A stretch of DNA of 59,601 nucleotides, from assembly GCA_011620135.1 (NCBI GenBank), contig WOZS01000005.1, positions 1 to 59,601 on the forward strand, written 5' to 3'. Under the pieces are notes generated by a model that was not told the DNA's origin, ran no database searches, and saw only the letters and a program-made list of their open reading frames with translations. The stretch comes from Gammaproteobacteria bacterium. GTDB taxonomy: Bacteria; Pseudomonadota; Gammaproteobacteria; WOZS01. Each line of letters opens with the position of its first letter. Position 1 is the first letter of the stretch. Of this stretch, positions 48,985 through 58,335 are shown one piece after another. Made by a program: the position numbers and the translations under genes.

Positions 48985-49979
48985 TGGACAGGCGCGGCCT
49001 ATTGCAGGCATTGACGGGGTTTTCAGGGGTGGCGGCAACCTTCTCCTCGGTTCAGGCGGCCCAGTTACAGCCCGTGCCCCTGCCGCCAGCGCATAAGCCA
49101 AAACCCAGCTGGACGGCACGACTGCAGGAATTGACCAAGGCTCCTGGTTGGGAGGGCTATTTCACCGCCCAGCAGGTGCAACAGTTCACAACCGAAAACG
49201 GTTTGGAACCGGACGCGTTGCTCTTTGCGCTGTTGCCCGTGGCGTCTGACTATGCCGTGGCCCCCCTGTCGGGCTTTCGTGTGGGTGCCGTGGCACGGGG
49301 TGGTTCAGGTGGTCTGTATCTGGGGGCCAACATGGAGTTTGCGGGCCTGCCCCTGTCCATGACCATGCACGCCGAGCAGGCTGCCGTGGCCCATGCCTGG
49401 GGACATGGGGAAGAGGCGATCAGCCAGTTGGCTGTGACCGCGGCACCCTGCGGTTTCTGCCGCCAGTTCCTCTATGAGCTCGCCTCGGCAGAGAGCCTTC
49501 AGATCCGTCTGCCGGGACGTCCTGCCACCACATTGCGCCAGTTGCTGCCGGCGGCCTTCGGGCCGCGTGATCTGGGGGTGCAGGGCGCCTTGCTCACCAA
49601 CACCCTGCGCACCTTGCAATTGGAAGATGGCGCTGCAGGCGATGTGCTGGCGCAGACAGCCTTGGCCGAGGCCGCGCGCAGTTATGCCCCTTATACCGGC
49701 AATTACGCTGGCATAGCCCTGCAGTCCAGGTCTGGCCGGGTTTTTGCGGGTCGCGTGGCCGAGAATGCTGCCTACAATCCAGTCCTGTCTCCCCTGCACA
49801 TGGCCCTCTCGGCCATGCGCATGGCGCGCATTTCACCCCTGGAGACAGTTCGGGGGGTGCTGGTGGAGGCGCATCCACGCCCCGTGGGGCCAGCGCAGGA
49901 CACGGCTGCCAAGGTCATGATGGAACACCTGGGTGGCAGCGGGCGCTTGACGGTATTGCAGGCGCGGCTCGTAACCTGA
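48984..49979 (+). CDS. cdd: Cytidine deaminase (two-domain E. coli type) with putative Tat signal peptide
   Basis: ANMEF, HAE (H129/E131), PCGFC (C156/C159), second domain SYAPY...ENAAYNP. N-terminus MDRRGLL...VQA. Confidence 0.9.
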   Translation: MDRRGLLQALTGFSGVAATFSSVQAAQLQPVPLPPAHKPKPSWTARLQELTKAPGWEGYFTAQQVQQFTTENGLEPDALLFALLPVASDYAVAPLSGFRVGAVARGGSGGLYLGANMEFAGLPLSMTMHAEQAAVAHAWGHGEEAISQLAVTAAPCGFCRQFLYELASAESLQIRLPGRPATTLRQLLPAAFGPRDLGVQGALLTNTLRTLQLEDGAAGDVLAQTALAEAARSYAPYTGNYAGIALQSRSGRVFAGRVAENAAYNPVLSPLHMALSAMRMARISPLETVRGVLVEAHPRPVGPAQDTAAKVMMEHLGGSGRLTVLQARLVT

Positions 49980-50023
49980 ACCATGATGGATTGACGCATT
50001 GCTTACCATGGAGACTCGCGATC

Positions 50024-50422
50024 ATGGAGCATTTTGATCTGGAAGGATGGATGTGGTCCGAGGCATGCACGATGCTGGATCGGGTCGAGCGGCTGCAGCG
50101 GCAGTTTTTTCAGCCGGCTGGATCCAGGGGGCTATGGCAACCACCTCTCGATGTGTTCGAGACCGAAAGCGCCATCTTTCTGGTCCTGGCTCTTCCTGGG
50201 GTCGAGGCTGATGCCATCGAGGTGCTTTATCATCAAGGAGGTGTGCTGGTCCGGGGGGAGCGCCGCCTGATCGCTGAACCCGATGCCGTGATTCACCGCC
50301 TGGAACTCCCCTATGGACATTTCGAGCGTCGCGTCGTGTTGCGACCCGGGCGCTTCGAGTTGCGCCTGCAGCAACTGCGCGATGGATGTCTCACCATTGT
50401 GCTGGAGAAGGTGGACCAATGA
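50024..50422 (+). CDS. Hsp20/alpha-crystallin small heat-shock protein
   Basis: WQPPLDVFET, LPGV, GER, ELPYG.FERR, DGCL.I.L.K. Confidence 0.88.
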   Translation: MEHFDLEGWMWSEACTMLDRVERLQRQFFQPAGSRGLWQPPLDVFETESAIFLVLALPGVEADAIEVLYHQGGVLVRGERRLIAEPDAVIHRLELPYGHFERRVVLRPGRFELRLQQLRDGCLTIVLEKVDQ

Positions 50423-52791
50423 CAGAGCAAGAACAAGGCATGACCACAGGGCAGGCCAAGCAGGAGAGCGTGGTTCCGGTGATACCGGTGCGCGGCATGG
50501 TGCTGTTTCCAGGGCTGGTGTTTCCCATTTCGGTGGGCCGGGAGCGTTCCGTGGCCGCTGCCCAGGATGCGGTACGCCGTGAGGCGAGCGTGCTGATTGT
50601 CCTGCAGCGCGATCCCCAGCTGGATGATCCAGTGGCGCTGGACGATCTCCATACCGTGGGGACCATGGCCACGGTGCTGCGCTATGTGACCGCGCCAGAT
50701 GGCTCCCATCACCTGGTGGTACGGGGCGAGCAGCGCTGCCGCCTCATGGCGATGCTTTCCAGTGAGCCTTTCTTGCAGGCCAGCGTCATGCCTCTGCCAG
50801 AGGAGGCTGGCGAGGGCAATGAGCTCGAGGCCAGCGCCTATTTTCTCAAGCAACAGGCCCTCGAGGCGCTGCGCCTGCTGCCCAATGTCCCAGAAGAGAT
50901 GAGCCGGGCCATCGAGGCGTTGGAGTCCCCAGGCTCCCTGGCGGACTTCATCGCCGCCTATATGGATCTCAAGCCGGAAGATAAACAGGCCATCCTGGAG
51001 GTGGTGAGCGTTCCCCAAAGGCTCGAGCGCGTCCAGGAGCTACTGGCTCATCGTTTGGAGGTGTTGCGACTCACCCAGCAGATCGGCCAGAAAACCAAGG
51101 AAAAGATGGAAGAGCGCCAGCGCGAGGTCCTGCTGCGCGAGCAGCTGCGTACCATCCAGAACGAGCTGGGCGGGGGCGAGGAGCGTGCCGCGGAGTTTGA
51201 GGTTCTGCAGACCTCTATCAAGGAAGCGCACATGCCTCCCGAGGTGGAAGAGCATGCCCTCAAGGAATTGCGGCGTCTTGAGCGCATGCCGGAGGGAGCC
51301 AGCGAATACACCATGGCGCGCACCTACCTGGACTGGCTTTTGGAGCTGCCCTGGTCGCGCTTCACCGAGGACACCCTGGACATCGCCCATGCCAGGACCA
51401 TACTGGACGAGGATCATTTCGACCTGGAAAAGGTCAAGCGACGCATCCTGGAACAGTTGGCTGTCCTGAAACTCAACCCCCAGGGCAAAGCACCCATCCT
51501 GTGTTTCGTGGGGCCGCCCGGGGTCGGCAAGACCTCGTTGGGGCAGAGCATCGCCCGGGCCACCGCTCGACAGTTCGTGCGGGTCAGTCTGGGCGGTGTC
51601 CATGACGAAGCGGAGATCCGCGGTCACCGGCGCACCTACGTGGGTGCCCTCCCCGGGAACATCATTCAGGCGCTGCGCAAGGCTGGCAGCGCCAATCCGG
51701 TCATGCTGCTGGACGAAGTGGACAAGCTGGGCCGCGGCATCCAGGGAGATCCCGCCGCCGCCCTCCTGGAAGTGCTCGACCCGGAACAGAATGCCACCTT
51801 CCGGGATAATTACCTGGGCGTGCCCTGCGATCTGAGTCACGTGCTTTTCATCGCCACGGCCAATGTGCTGGACGATATCCCCTGGGCACTGCGTGATCGC
51901 ATGGAACTGATCGAGCTCCCCGGGTATACCGAGGAGGATAAGCTGGAGATCGCCAGGCGCTATCTCATCAAGCGCCAGCAGACGGCTTGCGGTCTGGCCG
52001 ACTTCGACTGCCAGGTGACCGAGCAAGGTTTGCGCACGATCATCCGGGAATACACCCGGGAGGCGGGCTGCCGCATGCTGGAGCAGCGCATCGGGGCTGT
52101 GTTCCGTCACGTGGCTTTGCAGGTGACCGAGGGAGGCGAGGCGCTCCATGTGATCGACACCCAGCAGGTGCAGGCCATTCTCGGGCCCAGGCGGTTTGAA
52201 AATGAGCTTGCCATGCGCACCAGTGTGCCCGGTGTGGCGACCGGGCTGGCCTGGACACCTGTTGGTGGCGATATCCTGTTCATCGAGGCAAGCCTCACCC
52301 CCGGCCATGGCAAGCTGATCCTGACCGGCCAGCTGGGTGATGTAATGAAGGAATCGGCCCAGGCGGCGTTGAGTCTGCTCAAGGCGCGCAGCGGCCAGCT
52401 GGATCTCGCCCCTGAGCTCTTCGATCAGAACGACATCCATATCCATATTCCCTCGGGGGCCATCCCCAAGGATGGTCCCAGCGCCGGTGTCGCCTTGTTC
52501 ATGGCGCTGGTGTCGCTGGTCACAGGGCGCAAGGTACGCTCCGATACCGCCATGACCGGCGAGATCACGCTGCGTGGCTTGGTCCTGCCGGTGGGGGGCA
52601 TCAAGGAGAAACTTCTGGCCGCCCATCGGGCCGGAATCACCCGGGTGATGTTGCCAGAACGCAACCACAAGGATTATGAGGAGATTCCCCAGGGGGCCCG
52701 GGAAGCGCTTGAACTGATATGGATCGGCAATGTGGACGAGGCCCTGGAAGCCGCCCTGGGTCCCCCAGATCCGCGGCATGGCCCTGCATGA
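50419..52791 (+). CDS. lon: ATP-dependent Lon protease (LonA)
   Basis: LON N-domain, GPPGVGKTS, LLDEVDK, PKDGPSAG catalytic Ser, GGIKEK. ATGA overlap with hsp20. Confidence 0.97.
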   Translation: MTEQEQGMTTGQAKQESVVPVIPVRGMVLFPGLVFPISVGRERSVAAAQDAVRREASVLIVLQRDPQLDDPVALDDLHTVGTMATVLRYVTAPDGSHHLVVRGEQRCRLMAMLSSEPFLQASVMPLPEEAGEGNELEASAYFLKQQALEALRLLPNVPEEMSRAIEALESPGSLADFIAAYMDLKPEDKQAILEVVSVPQRLERVQELLAHRLEVLRLTQQIGQKTKEKMEERQREVLLREQLRTIQNELGGGEERAAEFEVLQTSIKEAHMPPEVEEHALKELRRLERMPEGASEYTMARTYLDWLLELPWSRFTEDTLDIAHARTILDEDHFDLEKVKRRILEQLAVLKLNPQGKAPILCFVGPPGVGKTSLGQSIARATARQFVRVSLGGVHDEAEIRGHRRTYVGALPGNIIQALRKAGSANPVMLLDEVDKLGRGIQGDPAAALLEVLDPEQNATFRDNYLGVPCDLSHVLFIATANVLDDIPWALRDRMELIELPGYTEEDKLEIARRYLIKRQQTACGLADFDCQVTEQGLRTIIREYTREAGCRMLEQRIGAVFRHVALQVTEGGEALHVIDTQQVQAILGPRRFENELAMRTSVPGVATGLAWTPVGGDILFIEASLTPGHGKLILTGQLGDVMKESAQAALSLLKARSGQLDLAPELFDQNDIHIHIPSGAIPKDGPSAGVALFMALVSLVTGRKVRSDTAMTGEITLRGLVLPVGGIKEKLLAAHRAGITRVMLPERNHKDYEEIPQGAREALELIWIGNVDEALEAALGPPDPRHGPA

Positions 52792-53027
52792 GCAAACGGG
52801 TCTGGTGAACAATCCTGGCGCTTGGCTGGAGCTCAGGCCAGCGCTCTTTCCAAGACCTGGCATCGATCTTGTCTCTCTCGCCAGAACGCCCATCTGTGAC
52901 TATGATTAATGAAAGGAACCATACCCATCTTATGGGTGTGATCTTAGGGGCGTGAGGGTGCCAGGGGAGGGCACCAGACAGGGGAGCGGCCATGATTTTT
53001 GGTCGGAAGGAGTCGGGAGGGAGCGCA

Positions 53028-53621
53028 ATGCGAAAGAAGAAGCATTTGACGTTACTGGCCGGGGCTGTGACAGAAGCACCATGGGAGTTGCCGGACCCTG
53101 AGCAGGTTGCCGGTTTCGTGCCCATCAGTCTGCCGGGGTTCTTTTCGCGTATGGAGGAACCCGTGGTGCGTTCGAGCAGGGAGCGATTCGCGGTGGAGAC
53201 GCGCTATGCCGCCCGCAACACCCTGTCGGAAAAGGGCTATGATGAGATCCTCTGTGGTATCTATGCCGGGCATGGAGGCATGGTACAGCCGGCTCATGTC
53301 CTGGAAGCAGGGCAGGCGGTGCGGTTGGATCAGGCCTATACGGTCGGCACCCGTGGCGGGCGGCACTTCGAGGCCAGGCGGTGGGCAGCCTGTTCCGAGC
53401 CGGAGGCCAATGGCTTTTCCACATGCAACTATGATATAGTCGTTCACCTCATCAGCAATCCAAGGGGATATTACTATATTCGTACCATGGCTACCCAGAT
53501 ACCATTCATCAATGGTCGTTATGACTGGTACATGCTGGGCATGATGGAGTGTCTGGTCACCATCGCCATGGACCTTCCTGGCCTGCTGGCCCTGCCCAAC
53601 GCCAGGAGTGCCGTGTGCTGA
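53028..53621 (+). CDS. Hypothetical protein, no family recognised
   Basis: Open frame fills the lon-Nudix gap, follows a GGGAG RBS and has a protein-like composition. Alternative start 52992. Confidence 0.6.
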   Translation: MRKKKHLTLLAGAVTEAPWELPDPEQVAGFVPISLPGFFSRMEEPVVRSSRERFAVETRYAARNTLSEKGYDEILCGIYAGHGGMVQPAHVLEAGQAVRLDQAYTVGTRGGRHFEARRWAACSEPEANGFSTCNYDIVVHLISNPRGYYYIRTMATQIPFINGRYDWYMLGMMECLVTIAMDLPGLLALPNARSAVC

Positions 53622-53628
53622 GCCAATC

Positions 53629-54099
53629 ATGAAGGCGGGGCCCGCTGTCACCGTGGATGTCATCATCGAGATGGCTGCTTCACGGCCGGCCCCACTGGTT
53701 CTCGTGAAAAGACGCTTTCCACCCCTGGGCTGGGCGCTGCCTGGTGGTTTTGTGGACCTGGGGGAGACCTTGGAGCAGGCCGCGGTCCGGGAGGCCCATG
53801 AGGAGACGGGGCTGCATGTGCAACTGACCGATTTGCTGGGTTGCTATTCCGATCCGGCCAGGGATCCGCGGCGCCATACCGTCAGTGTGGTGTATGTGGC
53901 ATGCGCCCAGGGTGCCGCGCGCGCGGGAGACGACGCTGCCGCGTGCATGATCTACGACCCACGTCGGGATGAGCCCCTGCCACTGGCTTTCGATCATGGC
54001 ACGATCCTCGGCGATTATCTGGATTTCTTTTGCAAAGGGCGCAAGGCCCCGCTGCGTGGTCTGCCTGGTGATTCCCATGGACAGGGTGTTCATGGCTGA
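53629..54099 (+). CDS. Nudix hydrolase
   Basis: Nudix box GGFVDLGETLEQAAVREAHEETGL; SDPARDPRRH; LAFDH. Confidence 0.93.
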   Translation: MKAGPAVTVDVIIEMAASRPAPLVLVKRRFPPLGWALPGGFVDLGETLEQAAVREAHEETGLHVQLTDLLGCYSDPARDPRRHTVSVVYVACAQGAARAGDDAAACMIYDPRRDEPLPLAFDHGTILGDYLDFFCKGRKAPLRGLPGDSHGQGVHG

Positions 54100-54197
54100 T
54101 CCCATGATGCCGAACATGATGCCGCATGTGGTTTTGCTCAGCTGGCAAGAGGGCCGGTTGATGGTGAACATACGAAATACGATGAGGAGGAGGATAC

Positions 54198-55454
54198 GTG
54201 ACTACGACCATCAAATTGCCCGAGGGTGAATGTCTCGTCATGCGCGACGGCAAGGTGGAGCCCGCCACACAGCCCATCATCGGCTTTGTGGAAGGTGATG
54301 GTATTGGGCCGGATATCACCAAGGTCTGCCTGGGGGTGTGGGATGCCGCCGTGCGATCGGTCTATGGCGACAAGCGCCGCGTGGCGTGGTGTGAGCTGTT
54401 CATGGGGGAAAAGGCAGCCAGCCTGTTTGGCGGTAACCCCTTCCCGGACGAGACGCTGGCTGCCATCAGGAAGCTCAAGGTGGCCATCAAGGGGCCCCTG
54501 GGGACACCGGTAGGCACTGGCATTCGGTCTTTGAACGTGGCATTGCGGCAGAAACTGGATCTCTATGCCTGTATCCGTCCTGTACGGTATTATCAGGGCG
54601 TGCCCTCGCCCATGAAACAACCCGAAAAGCTGGATATCGTTATTTTCCGGGAAAATACCGAAGACGTGTACGCCGGTATCGAGTACGCCTCGGGCACTCC
54701 GGAAAACCGGCGGTTGGCCGATTTCCTGAGGCAGGAGATGCAGGCTTCCTTTTTCGAGGATGCTGGTCTTGGCATCAAGCCCATCAGCCCCTTCGCCTCC
54801 AAGCGGCTGGTGCGCAAGGCCATCCGTTATGCCCTGGAGCATGGCCGCAAGAGCGTTACCCTGGTGCACAAGGGCAATATCATGAAATTCACAGAAGGCG
54901 CCTTTCGCACCTGGGGTTATGAGGTGGCCCGGGACGAGTTTGCCCAGGAAACCATCACCGAGGAGCAGGTCAACAAGGAATGCGGCGGCCAACCACCCGC
55001 GGGGAAGGTGGTCATCAATGATCGCATCGCCGATATCATGTTCCAGCTGCTGCTGCTGCGTCCCGAGGAGTTCGATGTCCTGGCGACACCCAACCTGAAC
55101 GGCGACTATCTCTCGGATGCAACCGCTGCCCAGGTTGGTGGCGTGGGGATTGCGCCAGGGGCCAACGTGGGGGACGAGGCTGCCGTCTTCGAGGCCACCC
55201 ATGGCACCGCCCCAAAGTATGCAGGACAGGACAAGGTCAATCCGGGTTCCCTGCTGCTGAGTGGGGCCGACATGTTCGAGTTCATCGGCTGGCACCCGGT
55301 GAGTGCTGTGTTGCGCGCTGCCTATGAGAAGACGGTGCGGGATGGGATTGTCACCTACGATTTTGCCCGCCAGATGACAGGGGCCACGGAGGTGGCAACC
55401 AGCGCCTTTGGCCAGGCTGTGATCGAGCGCCTGTCTGCTGTGGCCCAGAGCTGA
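54198..55454 (+). CDS. icd: Isocitrate dehydrogenase (E. coli type, probably NADP-dependent)
   Basis: EGDGIG.DI, RSLNVALRQ, RENTEDVY, HKGNIMKFTEG, NLNGDY.SD, HGTAPKYAG (KY is associated with NADP preference). Confidence 0.97.
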   Translation: MTTTIKLPEGECLVMRDGKVEPATQPIIGFVEGDGIGPDITKVCLGVWDAAVRSVYGDKRRVAWCELFMGEKAASLFGGNPFPDETLAAIRKLKVAIKGPLGTPVGTGIRSLNVALRQKLDLYACIRPVRYYQGVPSPMKQPEKLDIVIFRENTEDVYAGIEYASGTPENRRLADFLRQEMQASFFEDAGLGIKPISPFASKRLVRKAIRYALEHGRKSVTLVHKGNIMKFTEGAFRTWGYEVARDEFAQETITEEQVNKECGGQPPAGKVVINDRIADIMFQLLLLRPEEFDVLATPNLNGDYLSDATAAQVGGVGIAPGANVGDEAAVFEATHGTAPKYAGQDKVNPGSLLLSGADMFEFIGWHPVSAVLRAAYEKTVRDGIVTYDFARQMTGATEVATSAFGQAVIERLSAVAQS

Positions 55455-55470
55455 TCATCGGCAAGGGGCG

Positions 55471-55488
55471 CGCTGCCAGTAGGCAGCG
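55471..55488 (+). terminator. GC hairpin downstream of icd, possible terminator or stability element
   Basis: CGCTGCC-AGTA-GGCAGCG perfect 7-bp stem; no U-tract follows. Confidence 0.3.
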
Positions 55489-55653
55489 ACCATGGGCCAT
55501 GACATGGCTTGGTGTATGGTATCATTGACGATGTGGAACCCCCAGGCTGGTTTAGGGTGGTCTGCTGAGCTTTTGGTCCGAGGAGAAACACCATCACCGA
55601 CGTCCCAGAGTTGTTCATGGCCGCACCATGCCACGGGCTCGAGGATGGGCAGC

Positions 55654-58308
55654 ATGGCTGCGCAACCTGACCCCGATGCGCTGGTGCCCCTGCGCCGTCT
55701 GGCCGCAGCATACAGCACCCTGGCCGAGTTGCAGCACAAAGCCGCCACAGCCACCGAGAGTACCACATTCCTCCAGGAAGCCGCCACCATCCTGGCCGAG
55801 CGCAATGGTTTTCCCGCAGCCTGGGTTGGTCTGGTGGATCCAGCGTCCCAGATCATCACGGTTCGTGGGGTGGCGGGAGCGCAAGCCGCCACATTGAGGG
55901 AGTCCTGGGGCTCCCTCAGGGTCAGCACCGATCTCGCCAGTCCCTATGGACAAGGGCCTGCAGGCCAGGCGGTGCGTACTGCAAGCACCATAATCTGGAA
56001 TGAGCTGCCGCCAGGGATGCCCTGGTCCGAGTTGTGGTCGCGTTGCGGCCTGCGGTCTGCGGCTATCTTCCCCATGCGGCGCAAGGGCAATGATGGCCTG
56101 GTGGTGGGCGTGGTGGCCTGCTATGCGGCTCAAAAACAGTATTTCGATGATGAAGTGGTGGAACTGGGGGAGCGCATCGCTGCCTGTCTTGTCTTTGGGC
56201 TGGACCTGTTGGAGCAGGAAGCGGCGCGGGCACAGATGGAAAGGCTGTTGCGCCTCCAGGAGCGCAACTACAGGGTGCTTTTCGAGGGTAATCCAGTGCC
56301 CATGTGGGTACGCGCCGCGGAGGGACAGCGCCTCATCATGGCGGTGAACGAGGCGGCCCTGGCCCATTATGGCTACACGCGCCAGGAGTTCATCGAGCTG
56401 CCCATCAAGGCACTCTGTGCCGAGGACATCGCCCTTCCTGCCCTTGCCGAGGCGGAGCGCAGACTGCATGAGGGCCAAGGTGTGGTCTACCAGGCGGGCC
56501 TGATGCACCATCGCAAGAAGGATGGCACGGTGGTGGATGCGGATGTTGGGATTTCCTATCTGAACTTCGACGGGCAGGATGCCTGGCTGGTCATGGCCCG
56601 GGACGTCACCGAGCAGCGCCAACTCATGCAACGCTACGATCTGGCTTTGCGCTGCTTCGAGTACACCAAGGATGCCCTCATGATCACCGACGAAAAAACC
56701 ATCATTTTGCAGATCAACCAGGCCTTTAGCCGCATCACCGGCTTCAGTGCCCAGCAGGTCGTGGGCAGCAGCCCTTCCATATTGCACTCCGGGCTGCATT
56801 CCCGGTCTTTCTATAAAAAGCTGTGGCGCGACCTGGAGACCTATGGTCGTTTCGAGGGCGAGGTCTGGGATCGGCGTCAATCCGGGGAAGTGTACCCAGC
56901 GTGGTTGTCCATCAGCTCGGTGCGCGACGAGCAGGGCCGCATAACCCATTATGTGGCTTCCTTTTCCGATCTGGCATCAGAACAGTCCCAGGCGGCCCGC
57001 ATCGAGTATCTGGCCACGCACGACACCTTGACTGGCCTGCCCAATCGGGCCGCTCTCAAAAAACACCTGGATGATGCACTCCAGCAGGCCAATCGCGAGC
57101 GCAGCCGCCTGGCACTGCTGGTATTGGCCCCCGACCGATTTCGCCATATCAACGAATCACTGGGCAATGCAGTCGGCGACAAGATCCTGCAGCAGATGGC
57201 GGGTCGTCTGGGGGAAACGGTGGCTGGTCGCGGTGTTTGTTTTTCGCTGGGCGGTACCCAGTTTGCCGTTATGCTGCAGGAGCATTCCGGTGCCGTGCCG
57301 GCCCAGACCATGGCAACCCAGCTCCAGGAACGCCTGAGCGAACCATTCCACATGGGTGATGAGGCCATTCCAGTGCAGACCAGCGTGGGCATGGCCTGCT
57401 ATCCTGGCGAGGCGACCGAGGCCGATACCCTGATCGTTCACGCCGGACTGGCCTTGCGGGAAGCCAGGGAGCAAGGCGGCAGCCACGTGCAACTGTTCCA
57501 GGCGGAAATGTCTGAATCGGTATGGCGGCGTTTCACCATGGAGCGTGATCTGCGTCATGCCCTGGAAAATAACGCTCTCATCCTTTTCTACCAGCCCCAG
57601 GTGAACCTGCAAACCGGAAAACTGGTGGCGGCAGAAGCACTGGTGCGCTGGCGGCATCCAATACGGGGGCTGATCAGTCCTGGTGAATTCATTCCCCTGG
57701 CCGAAGAGGTGGGCCTGATCAAGCCGCTGGATTCCTGGGTATTGCGCCAGGCTTGCCAGAGTGCCAAGTCCTGGCAAGTGGCCGGCTATCGTGCCATCCC
57801 CGTAGCGGTCAATGTGTCGGCCACGCGGTTTGCCGATGAGAACCTGGTCTGGGAAGTGGAGTCCCTGCTGCAGGAAATCGATCTGGAGCCACAGTTTCTG
57901 GAGCTCGAGGTGACAGAAGGGGTGCTGGTGCAGGACATGGACCGCTCGGTGGCCATACTGAACAAGCTCAAGGGACTGGGCATCACCATAGCCATCGATG
58001 ACTTCGGTACCGGCTACTCCAGCTTGAGCTACCTGTCCTGCTTTCCTCTGGACCGCCTGAAACTGGACCGCAGCTTTGTCCAGGACATACACCTCAACCA
58101 CATCAAGACCGAGGTGGTCCGGGCGGTCATCACCCTGGCCCATGCCCTGGGGCTGGAGGTGGTTGCCGAGGGGGTGGAGACATTGGAAGAATACGATGCC
58201 CTGCGTCAACTGGCCTGCGAGTATGTCCAGGGCTATTACGTGAGCAGGCCTGTGGACAAGGAGCGTTTCGAGGCGGACTTCCTGCAGCTCCCCCTGACCG
58301 GGGGTTGA
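55654..58308 (+). CDS. GAF-PAS-PAS-(degenerate GGDEF)-EAL protein, probable c-di-GMP phosphodiesterase
   Basis: HDTLTGLPNR, GGTQF at 57250-57264 in place of GGDEF, EAL at 57634-57642, DDFGTGYSSL, AEGVE, QGY. Start uncertain (55645 or 55654). Confidence 0.92.
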   Translation: MAAQPDPDALVPLRRLAAAYSTLAELQHKAATATESTTFLQEAATILAERNGFPAAWVGLVDPASQIITVRGVAGAQAATLRESWGSLRVSTDLASPYGQGPAGQAVRTASTIIWNELPPGMPWSELWSRCGLRSAAIFPMRRKGNDGLVVGVVACYAAQKQYFDDEVVELGERIAACLVFGLDLLEQEAARAQMERLLRLQERNYRVLFEGNPVPMWVRAAEGQRLIMAVNEAALAHYGYTRQEFIELPIKALCAEDIALPALAEAERRLHEGQGVVYQAGLMHHRKKDGTVVDADVGISYLNFDGQDAWLVMARDVTEQRQLMQRYDLALRCFEYTKDALMITDEKTIILQINQAFSRITGFSAQQVVGSSPSILHSGLHSRSFYKKLWRDLETYGRFEGEVWDRRQSGEVYPAWLSISSVRDEQGRITHYVASFSDLASEQSQAARIEYLATHDTLTGLPNRAALKKHLDDALQQANRERSRLALLVLAPDRFRHINESLGNAVGDKILQQMAGRLGETVAGRGVCFSLGGTQFAVMLQEHSGAVPAQTMATQLQERLSEPFHMGDEAIPVQTSVGMACYPGEATEADTLIVHAGLALREAREQGGSHVQLFQAEMSESVWRRFTMERDLRHALENNALILFYQPQVNLQTGKLVAAEALVRWRHPIRGLISPGEFIPLAEEVGLIKPLDSWVLRQACQSAKSWQVAGYRAIPVAVNVSATRFADENLVWEVESLLQEIDLEPQFLELEVTEGVLVQDMDRSVAILNKLKGLGITIAIDDFGTGYSSLSYLSCFPLDRLKLDRSFVQDIHLNHIKTEVVRAVITLAHALGLEVVAEGVETLEEYDALRQLACEYVQGYYVSRPVDKERFEADFLQLPLTGG

Positions 58309-58335
58309 ACCCAGCCTCGCCCAGGCCGGCCGGGT

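Noticed and set aside
49975-50023. Sigma32-type promoter before hsp20
   Set aside because: Only weak partial matches to the -35 and -10 elements.
54198-55500. icd 3' end as a prophage attachment site
   Set aside because: No duplicated icd tail, integrase or phage gene follows.
30982-57392. Long antisense ORFs (e.g. 30982-32613, 34087-35616, 40839-42713, 43929-45455, 51040-52893, 55615-56949)
   Set aside because: Typical stop-poor shadows of GC-rich genes on the opposite strand, with no family motifs.
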